This document shows, in pieces, positions 48,401 through 63,400 of a stretch of 64,000 bases of DNA. The notes under the pieces are model-generated. The model was not told the DNA's origin, made no database searches, and was given only the letters and a program-made list of their open reading frames with translations. The stretch is taken from the NCBI RefSeq assembly GCF_964204645.1, contig NC_134030.1:13368957-13432956 (forward strand), read 5' to 3'. Positions within the stretch are counted from its first letter, which is position 1. Each line of letters opens with the position of its first letter. The position numbers were made by a program, and so were the translations under genes. This DNA comes from Tubulanus polymorphus (taxonomy: Eukaryota > Animalia > Nemertea).

Positions 48401-51400
48401 AAATGTCAATGCGCAAAAGCGCTCAAATCGACGGGAAAAGCACATTTCGACATATTTCGACCCGAAAACGTCGTTCAGTGCGAGAAAAGATGTTTTCTCA
48501 TCAAGTTTTTTCCGTATCGAAAAAATGAAATTGTCGTTCCGCAAAAGCGCTCAAATCGACGGAAAAAGCACATTTCGACCAGAAAACGTCGTTCAGCGCG
48601 AGAAAAGACGTTTTCTCGTCAAGTTTTCCCCGTATCAAAAAAAATGAAATTGTCGATGCGCAAAAGCTCTCAAATCGACGGAAAAAGCACATTTCGACCC
48701 GAAAACGTCGTTCAGCGCGAGAAAAGACGTTTTCTCATCAAGTTTTCCCCGTATCAATAAAAATGAAATTGTCGATGCGCAAAAGCTCTCAAATCGACGG
48801 AAAAAGCACATTTCGACCCGAAAACGTCGTTCAGCGCGAGAAAATACGTTTTCTCATCAAGTTTTCCCCGTATCAAAAAAAATGAAATTGTCGATGCGCA
48901 AAAGCGCTCAAATCGACGGAAAAAGCACATTTCGACCCGAAAACGTCTTTCAGCGCGAGAAAAGACGTTTTCTCATCAAGTTTTCCCCGTTTCGAAAAAT
49001 GAAAATGTCGATGCGCAAAAGCGCTCAAATCGACGGGAAAAGCACATTTCGACACATTTCGACCCGAAAACGTCTTTCAGTGCGAGAAAAGACGTTTTCT
49101 CATCAGATCTTCCCGTATCGAAAAAATGAAAATGTCGATGCGCAAAAGCGCTCAAATCGACGGGAAAAGCACATTTCGAAACGAAAACGTCTTTCAGCGC
49201 GTGAAAAGACGTTTCCTCATCAGATCTTCCACGCATCGAAAACAATGAAAAATGAAATTGTCGATGCGCAAAAGCGCTCAAATCGACGGGAAAAGCAAAT
49301 TTCGACACATTTCGACCCGAAAACGTCTTTCAGCGCGAGAAAAGACGTTTTCTCATCAGATCTACCCCGTATCGAAAAAATGAAAATGTCGATGCGCAAA
49401 AGCGCTCAAATCGACGGGAAAAGCACATTTCGACCCGAAAACGTCGTTCAGCGCGACAAAAGATGTTTTCTCATCAGATCTTCCCCGTATCGAATAAATG
49501 AACATGTCGATATGCAAAAGCGCTCAAATCGATTGTAAAAGCACATTTCGACACATTTCGACCCGAAAACGTCGTTCAGCGCGAGAAAAGACGTTTTCTC
49601 ATCAAGTTTTCCCCATATCGAAAAAATGAAAATATCGATGCGCAAAAGTGCTCAAATCGACGGAAAAAGCACATTTCGACCCGAAAACGTCGTTCAGTGC
49701 GAGAAAAGACGTTTTCTCATCAAGTTTTCTCCGTATCGAAAAAATGAAATTGTCTTTGCGCAAAAGTGCTCAAATCGACGGAAAAAGCACATTTCGACAC
49801 GAAAACGTCGTTCAGCGCGAGAAAAGACGTTTTCTCATCAAGTTTTCCCCGTATCGAAAAAAGGAAAATGTCGGTGCGCAAAAGGGCTCAAATCGACGGG
49901 AAAAGTACATTTCGACACATTTCGAACTGAAAACGTCGTTCAGCGCGAGAAAAGACGTTTTCTCATCAAGTTTTCCCCGTATCAAAAAAATGAAATTGTC
50001 GATGCGCGAAAGCGCTCAAATCGACGGGAAAAGCACATTTCTACCCGAAAATTGCGTTCAGCGCGAGAAAAGACGTTTTCTCATCAAGTTTTCCCCGCAT
50101 CGAAAAAAATGAAAATGTCGATGCGCAAAAGCGCTCAAATCGACGGGAAAAGCACATTTCGACACATTTCGACCCGAAAACGTCGTTCAGTGCGAGAAAA
50201 GATGTTTTCTCGTCAAGTTTTCTCGGTATCGAAAAAATGAAATTGTCGATGCGCAAAAGCGCTCAAATCGACGGAAAAAGCACATTTCGACCAGAAAACG
50301 TCGTTCAGCGCGAGAAAAGACGTTTTCTCATCAAGTTTTCCCCGTATCGAAAAAATGAAAATGTCGATGCGCAAAAGCGCTCAAATCGACGGGAAAAGTA
50401 CATTTCGACATATTTCGACCCGAAAACGTCGTTCAGCGCGAGAAAAGATTTTTTCTCATCAAGTTTTCTCCGTATCGAAAAAATGAAAATGTCGATGCGC
50501 AAAAGCGCTCAAATCGACGGAAAAAGCACATTTCGACACATTTCGACCCGAAAACGTCGTTCAGCGCGAGAAAAGATGTTTTTGTCATCAAGTTTTCTCC
50601 GTATCGAAAAAATGAAATTGTCGATGCGCAAAAGCGCTCAAATCGACGGAAAAAGCACATTTCGACCAGAAAACGTCGTTCAACGCGAGAAAAGACGTTT
50701 TGTCATCAAGTTTTCCCCGTATCGAAAAAAATGAAAATGTCAATGCGCAAAAGCGCTCAAATCGACGGGAAAAGCACATTTCGACATATTTCGACCCGAA
50801 AACGTCGTTCAGTGCGAGAAAAGATGTTTTCTCATCAAGTTTTTTCCGTATCGAAAAAATGAAATTGTCGTTCCGCAAAAGCGCTCAAATCGACGGAAAA
50901 AGCACATTTCGACCAGAAAACGTCGTTCAGCGCGAGAAAATACGTTTTCTCATCAAGTTTTCCCCGTATCAAATAAAAATGAAATTGTCGATGCGCAAAA
51001 GCTCTCAAATCGACGGAAAAAGCACATTTCGACCCGAAAACGTCGTTCAGCGCGAGAAAATACGTTTTCTCATCAAGTTTTCCCCGTATCAAAAAAAATG
51101 AAATTATCGATGCGCAAAAGCGCTCAAATCGACGGAAAAAGCACATTTCGACCCGAATACTTCGTTCAGCGCGAGAAAAGACGTTTTCTCATCAAGTTTT
51201 CCCCGTATCGAAAAAATGAAAATGTCGATGCGCAAAAGTGCTCAAATCGACGGAAAAAGCACATTTCAACCCGAAAACGTCGTTCAGCGCGAGAAAAGAC
51301 GGTTCTCATCAAGTTTTCCCCGTATCGAAAAAATGAAATTGTCTATGCGCAAAAGTGCTCAAATCAACGGAAAAAGCACATTTCGACCCGAAAACGTCGT

Positions 51401-54400
51401 TCAGCGCGAGAAAAGACGTTTTCTCATCAAGTTTTCCCCGTATCGAAAAAATGAAAATGTCGATGCGCAAAAGCGCTCAAATCGACGGGAAAAGCACATT
51501 TCGACACATTTCGACCCGAAAACGTCGTTCAGCGCGAGAAAAGATGTTTTCTCATCAAGTTTTCTCCGTATCAAAAAAATGAAATTGTCGATGCGCAAAC
51601 GCGCTCAAATCGACGGAAAAAGCACATTTCGACCCGAAAACGTCGTTCAGCGCGAGAAAAGACGTTTTCTCATCAAGTTTTCTCCGAATCGAAAAAATGA
51701 AAATGTCAATGCGCAAAACCGCACAAATCGGCGGGAAAAGCACATTTCGACACATTTGAACCGAAAACGTCGTTCAGCGCGAGAAAAGACGTTTTCTCAT
51801 CAAGTTTTCCCCGTATCAAAAAAAATGAAATTGTCGGTGCGCAAAAGCGCTCAAATCGACGGAAAAAACACATTTCGACCCGAAAACGTCGTTCAGCGCG
51901 AGAAAAGACGTTTTCTCATCAAGTTTTCTCCGAATCGAAAAAATGAAAATGTCAATGCGCAAAACCGCACAAATCGGCGGGAAAAGCACATTTCGACACA
52001 TTTGAACCGAAAACGTCGTTCAGCGCGAGAAAAAACGTTTTCTCATCAAGTTATCCCCGTATCGAAAAAAATGAAAATGTCGGTGCGCAAAAGTGCTGAA
52101 ATCGACGGGAAAAGCACATTTCGACCCGAAAACGTCGTTCAGCGCGAGAAAAGACGTTTTCTCATCAAGTTTTCCCCGTATCAATAAAAATGAAATTGTC
52201 GATGCGCAAAAGCTCTCAAATCGACGGAAAAAGCACATTTCGACCCGAAAACGTCGTTCAGCGCGAGAAAATACGTTTTCTCATCAAGTTTTCCCCGTAT
52301 CAAAAAAAATGAAATTGTCGATGCGCAAAAGCGCTCAAATCGACGGAAAAAGCACATTTCGACCCGAAAACGTCTTTCAGCGCGAGAAAAGACGTTTTCT
52401 CATCAAGTTTTCCCCGTTTCGAAAAATGAAAATGTCGATGCGCAAAAGCGCTCAAATCGACGGGAAAAGCACATTTCGACACATTTCGACCCGAAAACGT
52501 CTTTCAGTGCGAGAAAAGACGTTTTCTCATCAGATCTTCCCGTATCGAAAAAATGAAAATGTCGATGCGCAAAAGCGCTCAAATCGACGGGAAAAGCACA
52601 TTTCGAAACGAAAACGTCTTTCAGCGCGTGAAAAGACGTTTCCTCATCAGATCTTCCACGCATCGAAAACAATGAAAAATGAAATTGTCGATGCGCAAAA
52701 GCGCTCAAATCGACGGGAAAAGCAAATTTCGACACATTTCGACCCGAAAACGTCTTTCAGCGCGAGAAAAGACGTTTTCTCATCAGATCTACCCCGTATC
52801 GAAAAAATGAAAATGTCGATGCGCAAAAGCGCTCAAATCGACGGGAAAAGCACATTTCGACCCGAAAACGTCGTTCAGCGCGACAAAAGATGTTTTCTCA
52901 TCAGATCTTCCCCGTATCGAATAAATGAACATGTCGATATGCAAAAGCGCTCAAATCGACGGGAAAAGCACATTTCGACCCGAAAACGTCGTTCAGCGCG
53001 AGAAAAGACGTTTTCTCATCAAGTGTTCCCCGTATCGAAAAAATGAAAATATCGATGCGCAGAAGCGCTCAAATCGATTGTAAAAGCACATTTCGACACA
53101 TTTCGACCCGAAAACGTCGTTCAGCGCGAGAAAAGACGTTTTCTCATCAAGTTTTCCCCATATCGAAAAAATGAAAATATCGATGCGCAAAAGTGCTCAA
53201 ATCGACGGAAAAAGCACATTTCGACCCGAAAACGTCGTTCAGTGCGAGAAAAGACGTTTTCTCATCAAGTTTTCTCCGTATCGAAAAAATGAAATTGTCT
53301 TTGCGCAAAAGTGCTCAAATCGACGGAAAAAGCACATTTCGACACGAAAACGTCGTTCAGCGCGAGAAAAGACGTTTTCTCATCAAGTTTTCCCCGTATC
53401 GAAAAAAGGAAAATGTCGGTGCGCAAAAGGGCTCAAATCGACGGGAAAAGTACATTTCGACACATTTCGAACTGAAAACGTCGTTCAGCGCGAGAAAAGA
53501 CGTTTTCTCATCAAGTTTTCCCCGTATCAAAAAAATGAAATTGTCGATGCGCAAAAGCGCTCAAATCGACGGGAAAAGCACATTTCTACCCGAAAATTGC
53601 GTTCAGCGCGAGAAAAGACGTTTTCTCATCAAGTTTTCCCCGTATCGAAAAAAATGAAAATGTCGATGCGCAAAAGCGCTCAAATCGACGGGAAAAGCAC
53701 ATTTCGACACATTTCGACCCGAAAACGTCGTTCAGTGCGAGAAAAGACGTTTTCTCATCAGATCTACCCCGTATCGAAAAAATGAAAATGTCGATGCGCA
53801 AAAGCGCTCAAATCGACGGGAAAAGCACATTTCGACCCGAAAACGTCGTTCAGCGCGACAAAAGATGTTTTCTCATCAGATCTTCCCCGTATCGAATAAA
53901 TGAACATGTCGATATGCAAAAGCGCTCAAATCGACGGGAAAAGCACATTTCGACCCGAAAACGTCGTTCAGCGCGAGAAAAGACGTTTTCTCATCAAGTG
54001 TTTCCCGTATCGAAAAAATGAAAATATCGATGCGCAGAAGCGCTCAAATCGATTGTAAAAGCACATTTCGACACATTTCGACCCGAAAACGTCGTTCAGC
54101 GCGAGAAAAGACGTTTTCTCATCAGATCTACCCCGTATCGAAAAAATGAAAATGTCGATGCGCAAAAGCGCTCAAATCGACGGGAAAAGCACATTTCGAC
54201 CCGAAAACGTCGTTCAGCGCGACAAAAGATGTTTTCTCATCAGATCTTCCCCGTATCGAATAAATAAACATGTCGATATGCAAAAGCGCTCAAATCGACG
54301 GGAAAAGCACATTTCGACACATTTCGACCCGAAAACGTCTTTCAGCGCGAGAAAAGACGTTTTCTCATCAGATCTACCCCGTATCGAAAAAATGAAAATG

Positions 54401-57400
54401 TCGATGCGCAAAAGCGCTCAAATCGACGGGAAAAGCACATTTCGACCCGAAAACGTCGTTCAGCGCGACAAAAGATGTTTTCTCATCAGATCTTCCCCGT
54501 ATCGAATAAATGAACATGTCGATATGCAAAAGCGCTCAAATCGACGGGAAAAGCACATTTCGACCCGAAAACGTCGTTCAGCGCGAGAAAAGACGTTTTC
54601 TCATCAAGTGTTCCCCGTATCGAAAAAATGAAAATATCGATGCGCAGAAGCGCTCAAATCGATTGTAAAAGCACATTTCGACACATTTCGACCCGAAAAC
54701 GTCGTTCAGCGCGAGAAAAGACGTTTTCTCATCAAGTTTTCCCCATATCGAAAAAATGAAAATATCGATGCGCAAAAGTGCTCAAATCGACGGAAAAAGC
54801 ACATTTCGACCCGAAAACGTCGTTCAGCGCGAGAAAATACGTTTTCTCATCAAGTTTTCCCCGTATCAAAAAAAATGAAATTATCGATGCGCAAAAGCGC
54901 TCAAATCGACGGAAAAAGCACATTTCGACCCGAATACTTCGTTCAGCGCGAGAAAAGACGTTTTCTCATCAAGTTTTCCCCGTATCGAAAAAATGAAAAT
55001 GTCGATGCGCAAAAGTGCTCAAATCGACGGAAAAAGCACATTTCAACCCGAAAACGTCGTTCAGCGCGAGAAAAGACGGTTCTCATCAAGTTTTCCCCGT
55101 ATCGAAAAAATGAAATTGTCTATGCGCAAAAGTGCTCAAATCAACGGAAAAAGCACATTTCGACCCGAAAACGTCGTTCAGCGCGAGAAAAGACGTTTTC
55201 CTCATCAAGTTTTCCCCGTATCGAAAAAATGAAAATGTCGATGCGCAAAAGCGCTCAAATCGACGGGAAAAGCACATTTCGACACATTTCGACCCGAAAA
55301 CGTCGTTCAGCGCGAGAAAAGATGTTTTCTCATCAAGTTTTCTCCGTATCAAAAAAATGAAATTGTCGATGCGCAAACGCGCTCAAATCGACGGAAAAAG
55401 CACATTTCGACCCGAAAACGTCGTTCAGCGCGAGAAAAGACGTTTTCTCATCAAGTTTTCTCCGAATCGAAAAAATGAAAATGTCAATGCGCAAAACCGC
55501 ACAAATCGGCGGGAAAAGCACATTTCGACACATTTGAACCGAAAACGTCGTTCAGCGCGAGAAAAGACGTTTTCTCATCAAGTTTTCCCCGTATCAAAAA
55601 AAATGAAATTGTCGGTGCGCAAAAGCGCTCAAATCGACGGAAAAAACACATTTCGACCCGAAAACGTCGTTCAGCGCGAGAAAAGACGTTTTCTCATCAA
55701 GTTTTCTCCGAATCGAAAAAATGAAAATGTCAATGCGCAAAACCGCACAAATCGGCGGGAAAAGCACATTTCGACACATTTGAACCGAAAACGTCGTTCA
55801 GCGCGAGAAAAAACGTTTTCTCATCAAGTTATCCCCGTATCGAAAAAAATGAAAATGTCGGTGCGCAAAAGTGCTGAAATCGACGGGAAAAGCACATTTC
55901 GACCCGAAAACGTCGTTCAGCGCGAGAAAAGACGTTTTCTCATCAAGTTTTCCCCGTATCAATAAAAATGAAATTGTCGATGCGCAAAAGCTCTCAAATC
56001 GACGGAAAAAGCACATTTCGACCCGAAAACGTCGTTCAGCGCGAGAAAATACGTTTTCTCATCAAGTTTTCCCCGTATCAAAAAAAATGAAATTGTCGAT
56101 GCGCAAAAGCGCTCAAATCGACGGAAAAAGCACATTTCGACCCGAAAACGTCTTTCAGCGCGAGAAAAGACGTTTTCTCATCAAGTTTTCCCCGTTTCGA
56201 AAAATGAAAATGTCGATGCGCAAAAGCGCTCAAATCGACGGGAAAAGCACATTTCGACACATTTCGACCCGAAAACGTCTTTCAGTGCGAGAAAAGACGT
56301 TTTCTCATCAGATCTTCCCGTATCGAAAAAATGAAAATGTCGATGCGCAAAAGCGCTCAAATCGACGGGAAAAGCACATTTCGAAACGAAAACGTCTTTC
56401 AGCGCGTGAAAAGACGTTTCCTCATCAGATCTTCCACGCATCGAAAACAATGAAAAATGAAATTGTCGATGCGCAAAAGCGCTCAAATCGACGGGAAAAG
56501 CAAATTTCGACACATTTCGACCCGAAAACGTCTTTCAGCGCGAGAAAAGACGTTTTCTCATCAGATCTACCCCGTATCGAAAAAATGAAAATGTCGATGC
56601 GCAAAAGCGCTCAAATCGACGGGAAAAGCACATTTCGACCCGAAAACGTCGTTCAGCGCGACAAAAGATGTTTTCTCATCAGATCTTCCCCGTATCGAAT
56701 AAATGAACATGTCGATATGCAAAAGCGCTCAAATCGACGGGAAAAGCACATTTCGACCCGAAAACGTCGTTCAGCGCGAGAAAAGACGTTTTCTCATCAA
56801 GTGTTCCCCGTATCGAAAAAATGAAAATATCGATGCGCAGAAGCGCTCAAATCGATTGTAAAAGCACATTTCGACACATTTCGACCCGAAAACGTCGTTC
56901 AGCGCGAGAAAAGACGTTTTCTCATCAAGTTTTCCCCATATCGAAAAAATGAAAATATCGATGCGCAAAAGTGCTCAAATCGACGGAAAAAGCACATTTC
57001 GACCCGAAAACGTCGTTCAGTGCGAGAAAAGACGTTTTCTCATCAAGTTTTCTCCGTATCGAAAAAATGAAATTGTCTTTGCGCAAAAGTGCTCAAATCG
57101 ACGGAAAAAGCACATTTCGACACGAAAACGTCGTTCAGCGCGAGAAAAGACGTTTTCTCATCAAGTTTTCCCCGTATCGAAAAAAGGAAAATGTCGGTGC
57201 GCAAAAGGGCTCAAATCGACGGGAAAAGTACATTTCGACACATTTCGAACTGAAAACGTCGTTCAGCGCGAGAAAAGACGTTTTCTCATCAAGTTTTCCC
57301 CGTATCAAAAAAATGAAATTGTCGATGCGCAAAAGCGCTCAAATCGACGGGAAAAGCACATTTCTACCCGAAAATTGCGTTCAGCGCGAGAAAAGACGTT

Positions 57401-60400
57401 TTCTCATCAAGTTTTCCCCGTATCGAAAAAAATGAAAATGTCGATGCGCAAAAGCGCTCAAATCGACGGGAAAAGCACATTTCGACACATTTCGACCCGA
57501 AAACGTCGTTCAGTGCGAGAAAAGACGTTTTCTCATCAGATCTACCCCGTATCGAAAAAATGAAAATGTCGATGCGCAAAAGCGCTCAAATCGACGGGAA
57601 AAGCACATTTCGACCCGAAAACGTCGTTCAGCGCGACAAAAGATGTTTTCTCATCAGATCTTCCCCGTATCGAATAAATGAACATGTCGATATGCAAAAG
57701 CGCTCAAATCGACGGGAAAAGCACATTTCGACCCGAAAACGTCGTTCAGCGCGAGAAAAGACGTTTTCTCATCAAGTGTTTCCCGTATCGAAAAAATGAA
57801 AATATCGATGCGCAGAAGCGCTCAAATCGATTGTAAAAGCACATTTCGACACATTTCGACCCGAAAACGTCGTTCAGCGCGAGAAAAGACGTTTTCTCAT
57901 CAGATCTACCCCGTATCGAAAAAATGAAAATGTCGATGCGCAAAAGCGCTCAAATCGACGGGAAAAGCACATTTCGACCCGAAAACGTCGTTCAGCGCGA
58001 CAAAAGATGTTTTCTCATCAGATCTTCCCCGTATCGAATAAATAAACATGTCGATATGCAAAAGCGCTCAAATCGACGGGAAAAGCACATTTCGACACAT
58101 TTCGACCCGAAAACGTCTTTCAGCGCGAGAAAAGACGTTTTCTCATCAGATCTACCCCGTATCGAAAAAATGAAAATGTCGATGCGCAAAAGCGCTCAAA
58201 TCGACGGGAAAAGCACATTTCGACCCGAAAACGTCGTTCAGCGCGACAAAAGATGTTTTCTCATCAGATCTTCCCCGTATCGAATAAATGAACATGTCGA
58301 TATGCAAAAGCGCTCAAATCGACGGGAAAAGCACATTTCGACCCGAAAACGTCGTTCAGCGCGAGAAAAGACGTTTTCTCATCAAGTGTTCCCCGTATCG
58401 AAAAAATGAAAATATCGATGCGCAGAAGCGCTCAAATCGATTGTAAAAGCACATTTCGACACATTTCGACCCGAAAACGTCGTTCAGCGCGAGAAAAGAC
58501 GTTTTCTCATCAAGTTTTCCCCATATCGAAAAAATGAAAATATCGATGCGCAAAAGTGCTCAAATCGACGGAAAAAGCACATTTCGACCCGAAAACGTCG
58601 TTCAGCGCGAGAAAAGACGTTTTCTCATCAAGTTTTCTCCGTATCGAAAAAATGAAATTGTCTTTGCGCAAAAGTGCTCAAATCGACGGAAAAAGCACAT
58701 TTCGACACGAAAACGTCGTTCAGCGCGAGAAAAGACGTTTTCTCATCAAGTTTTCCCCGTATCGAAAAAAGGAAAATGTCGGTGCGCAAAAGGGCTCAAA
58801 TCGACGGGAAAAGTACATTTCGACACATTTCGAACTGAAAACGTCGTTCAGCGCGAGAAAAGACGTTTTCTCATCAAGTTTTCCCCGTATCAAAAAAATG
58901 AAATTGTCGATGCGCAAAAGCGCTCAAATCGACGGGAAAAGCACATTTCTACCCGAAAATTGCGTTCAGCGCGAGAAAAGACGTTTTCTCATCAAGTTTT
59001 CCCCGTATCGAAAAAAATGAAAATGTCGATGCGCAAAAGCGCTCAAATCGACGGGAAAAGCACATTTCGACACATTTCGACCCGAAAACGTCGTTCAGTG
59101 CGAGAAAAGATGTTTTCTCGTCAAGTTTTCTCGGTATCGAAAAAATGAAATTGTCGATGCGCAAAAGCGCTCAAATCGACGGAAAAAGCACATTTCGACC
59201 AGAAAACGTCGTTCAGCGCGAGAAAAGACGTTTTCTCATCAAGTTTTCCCCGTATCGAAAAAATGAAAATGTCGATGCGCAAAAGCGCTCAAATCGACGG
59301 GAAAAGTACATTTCGACATATTTCGACCCGAAAACGTCGTTCAGCGCGAGAAAAGATTTTTTCTCATCAAGTTTTCTCCGTATCGAAAAAATGAAAATGT
59401 CGATGCGCAAAAGCGCTCAAATCGACGGAAAAAGCACATTTCGACACATTTCGACCCGAAAACGTCGTTCAGCGCGAGAAAAGATGTTTTCTCATCAAGT
59501 TTTCTCCGTATCGAAAAAATGAAATTGTCGATGCGCAAAAGCGCTCAAATCGACGGAAAAAGCACATTTCGACCAGAAAACGTCATTCAACGCGAGAAAA
59601 GACGTTTTGTCATCAAGTTTTCCCCGTATCGAAAAAAATGAAAATGTCAATGCGCAAAAGCGCTCAAATCGACGGGAAAAGCACATTTCGACATATTTCG
59701 ACCCGAAAACGTCGTTCAGTGCGAGAAAAGATGTTTTCTCATCAAGTTTTTTCCGTATCGAAAAAATGAAATTGTCGTTCCGCAAAAGCGCTCAAATCGA
59801 CGGAAAAAGCACATTTCGACCAGAAAACGTCGTTCAGCGCGAGAAAAGACGTTTTCTCATCAAGTTTTCCCCGTATCAAATAAAAATGAAATTGTCGATG
59901 CGCAAAAGCTCTCAAATCGACGGAAAAAGCACATTTCGACCCGAAAACGTCGTTCAGCGCGAGAAAATACGTTTTCTCATCAAGTTTTCCCCGTATCAAA
60001 AAAAATGAAATTGTCGATGCGCAAAAGCGCTCAAATCGACGGAAAAAGCACATTTCGACCCGAATACTTCGTTCAGCGCGAGAAAAGACGTTTTCTCATC
60101 AAGTTTTCCCCGTATCGAAAAAATGAAAATGTCGATGCGCAAACGTGCTCAAATCGACGGAAAAAGCACATTTCAACCCGAAAACGTCGTTCAGCGCGAG
60201 AAAAGACGTTTTCTCATCAAGTTTTCCCGTATCGAAAAAATGAAATTGTCTATGCGCAAAAGTGCTCAAATCAACGGAAAAAGCACATTTCGACCCGAAA
60301 ACGTCGTTCAGCGCGAGAAAAGACGTTTTCTCATCAAGTTTTCCCCGTATCGAAAAAATGAAAATGTCGATGCGCAAAAGCGCTCAAATCGACGGGAAAA

Positions 60401-63400
60401 GCACATTTCGACACATTTCGACCCGAAAACGTCGTTCAGCGCGAGAAAAGATGTTTTCTCATCAAGTTTTCTCCGTATCAAAAAAATGAAATTGTCGATG
60501 CGCAAACGCGCTCAAATCGACGGAAAAAGCACATTTCGACCCGAAAACGTCGTTCAGCGCGAGAAAAGACGTTTTCTCATCAAGTTTTCTCCGAATCGAA
60601 AAAATGAAAATGTCAATGCGCAAAACCGCACAAATCGGCGGCAAAAGCACATTTCGACACATTTGAACCGAAAACGTCGTTCAGCGCGAGAAAAGACGTT
60701 TTCTCATCAAGTTTTCCCCGTATCAAAAAAAATGAAATTGTCGGTGCGCAAAAGCGCTCAAATCGACGGAAAAAACACATTTCGACCCGAAAACGTCGTT
60801 CAGCGCGAGAAAAGACGTTTTCTCATCAAGTTTTCTCCGAATCGAAAAAATGAAAATGTCAATGCGCAAAACCGCACAAATCGGCGGGAAAAGCACATTT
60901 CGACACATTTGAACCGAAAACGTCGTTCAGCGCGAGAAAAAACGTTTTCTCATCAGGTTATCCCCGTATCGAAAAAAATGAAAATGTCGGTGCGCAAAAG
61001 TGCTGAAATCGACGGGAAAAGCACATTTCGACCCGAAAACGTCGTTCAGCGCGAGAAAAGACGTTTTCTCATCAAGTTTTCTCCGTATCGAAAAATAAAA
61101 TTGTCGATGCGCAAAAGCGCTCAAATCGACGGGAAAAGCACATTTCGACCCGAAAACGTTTTTCAGCGCGAGAAAAGACGTTTTCTCATCAGATCTTCTC
61201 TGTATCGAAAAACGAAAATGTCGATGCGCAAAAGCGCTCAAATCGACGGGAAAAGCACATTTCGAAACGAAAACGTATTTCAGCGCGTGAAAAGACGTTT
61301 TCTCATCAGATCTTCCCCGTATCGAAAAAATGAAAATGTCGATGCGCAAAACCGCTCAAATCGGCGGGAAAAGCACATTTCGACACATTTGACCCGAAAA
61401 AGTCGTTCAGCGCGAGAAAAGAGGTTTTCTCATCAAGTTTTCCCCGTATCGAAAAAAGGAAAATGTCGATGCGCAAAAGCGCTCAAATCGACGGGAAAAG
61501 CACATTTCGACCCGAAAACGTCGTTCAGCGCGAGAAAAGACGTTTTCTCATCAGATCTTCCCCGTATCGAAAAATTAAAATGTCGATGCGCAAAACCGCT
61601 CAAATCGGCGGGAAAAGGAAATTTCGACACATTTGACCTGAAAACGTCGTTCAGCGCGAGAAAAGACGTTTTCTCATCAAGTTCTCCCTGTATCGAAAAA
61701 ATGGAACTGTCGATGCGCAAAAGCGCTCAAATCGACGGGAAAAGCACATTTCGACCAGAAAACGTCGTTCAGCGCGAGAAAAGACGTTTTCTCACCAAGT
61801 TTTCCCCGTATCGAAAAAAATGAAAATGTCGATGCGCAAAAGCGCTCAAATCGACGGGAAAAGCACATTTCGACACATTTCGACCCGAAAAGTCGTTCAG
61901 TGCGAGAAAAGATGTTTTCTCATCAAGTTTTCTCCGTATCGAAAAAATGAAATTGTCGATGCGCAAAAGCGCTCAAATCGACGGAAAAAGCACATTTCGA
62001 CCAGAAAACGTCGTTCAGCGCGAGAAAAGACGTTTTCTCATTAAGTTTTCCCCGTATCGAAAAAATGAAAATGTCGATGCGCAAAAGCGCTCAAATCGAC
62101 GAGAAAAGCACATTTCGACCCAGAAACGTCGTTCAGCGCGAGAAAAGACGTTTTCTCATCGAGTTTTCCCCGTATCGAAAAAATGAAAATGTCGGTGCGC
62201 AAAAGGGCTCAAATCGACGGGAAAAGCACATTTCGACACATTTCGAACCGAAAACGTCGTTCAGCGCGAGAAAAGACGTTTTCTCATCAAGTTTTCCCCG
62301 TATCAAAAAAATTAAATTGTCGATGCGCAGAAGCGCTCAAATCGACGGGAAAAGCACATTTCTACCCGAAAAGTGCGTTCAGCGCGAGAAAAGACGTTTT
62401 CTCATCAAGTTTTCCCCGTATCGAAAAAAATGAAAATGTCAATGCGCAAAAGCGCTCAAATCGACGGGAAAAGCACATTTCGACATATTTCGACCCGAAA
62501 ACGTCGTTCAGTGCGAGAAAAGATGTTTTCTCATCATGTTTTTTCCGTATCGAAAAAATGAAATTGTCGTTCCGCAAAAGCGCTCAAATCGACGGAAAAA
62601 GCACATTTCGACCAGAAAACGTCGTTCAGCGCGAGAAAAGACGTTTTCTCGTCAAGTTTTCCCCGTATCAAAAAAAATGAAATTGTCGATGCGCAAAAGC
62701 TCTCAAATCGACGGAAAAAGCACATTTCGACCCGAAAACGTCGTTCAGCGCGAGAAAAGACGTTTTCTCATCAAGTTTTCCCCGTATCAATAAAAATGAA
62801 ATTGTCGATGCGCAAAAGCTCTCAAATCGACGGAAAAAGCACATTTCGACCCGAAAACGTCGTTCAGCGCGAGAAAATACGTTTTCTCATCAAGTTTTCC
62901 CCGTATCAAAAAAAATGAAATTGTCGATGCGCAAAAGCGCTCAAATCGACGGAAAAAGCACATTTCGACCCGAAAACGTCTTTCAGCGCGAGAAAAGACG
63001 TTTTCTCATCAAGTTTTCCCCGTTTCGAAAAATGAAAATGTCGATGCGCAAAAGCGCTCAAATCGACGGGAAAAGCACATTTCGACACATTTCGACCCGA
63101 AAACGTCTTTCAGTGCGAGAAAAGACGTTTTCTCATCAGATCTTCCCGTATCGAAAAAATGAAAATGTCGATGCGCAAAAGCGCTCAAATCGACGGGAAA
63201 AGCACATTTCGAAACGAAAACGTCTTTCAGCGCGTGAAAAGACGTTTCCTCATCAGATCTTCCACGCATCGAAAACAACGAAAAATGAAATTGTCGATGC
63301 GCAAAAGCGCTCAAATCGACGGGAAAAGCAAATTTCGACACATTTCGACCCGAAAACGTCTTTAAGCGCGAGAAAAGACGTTTTCTCATCAGATCTACCC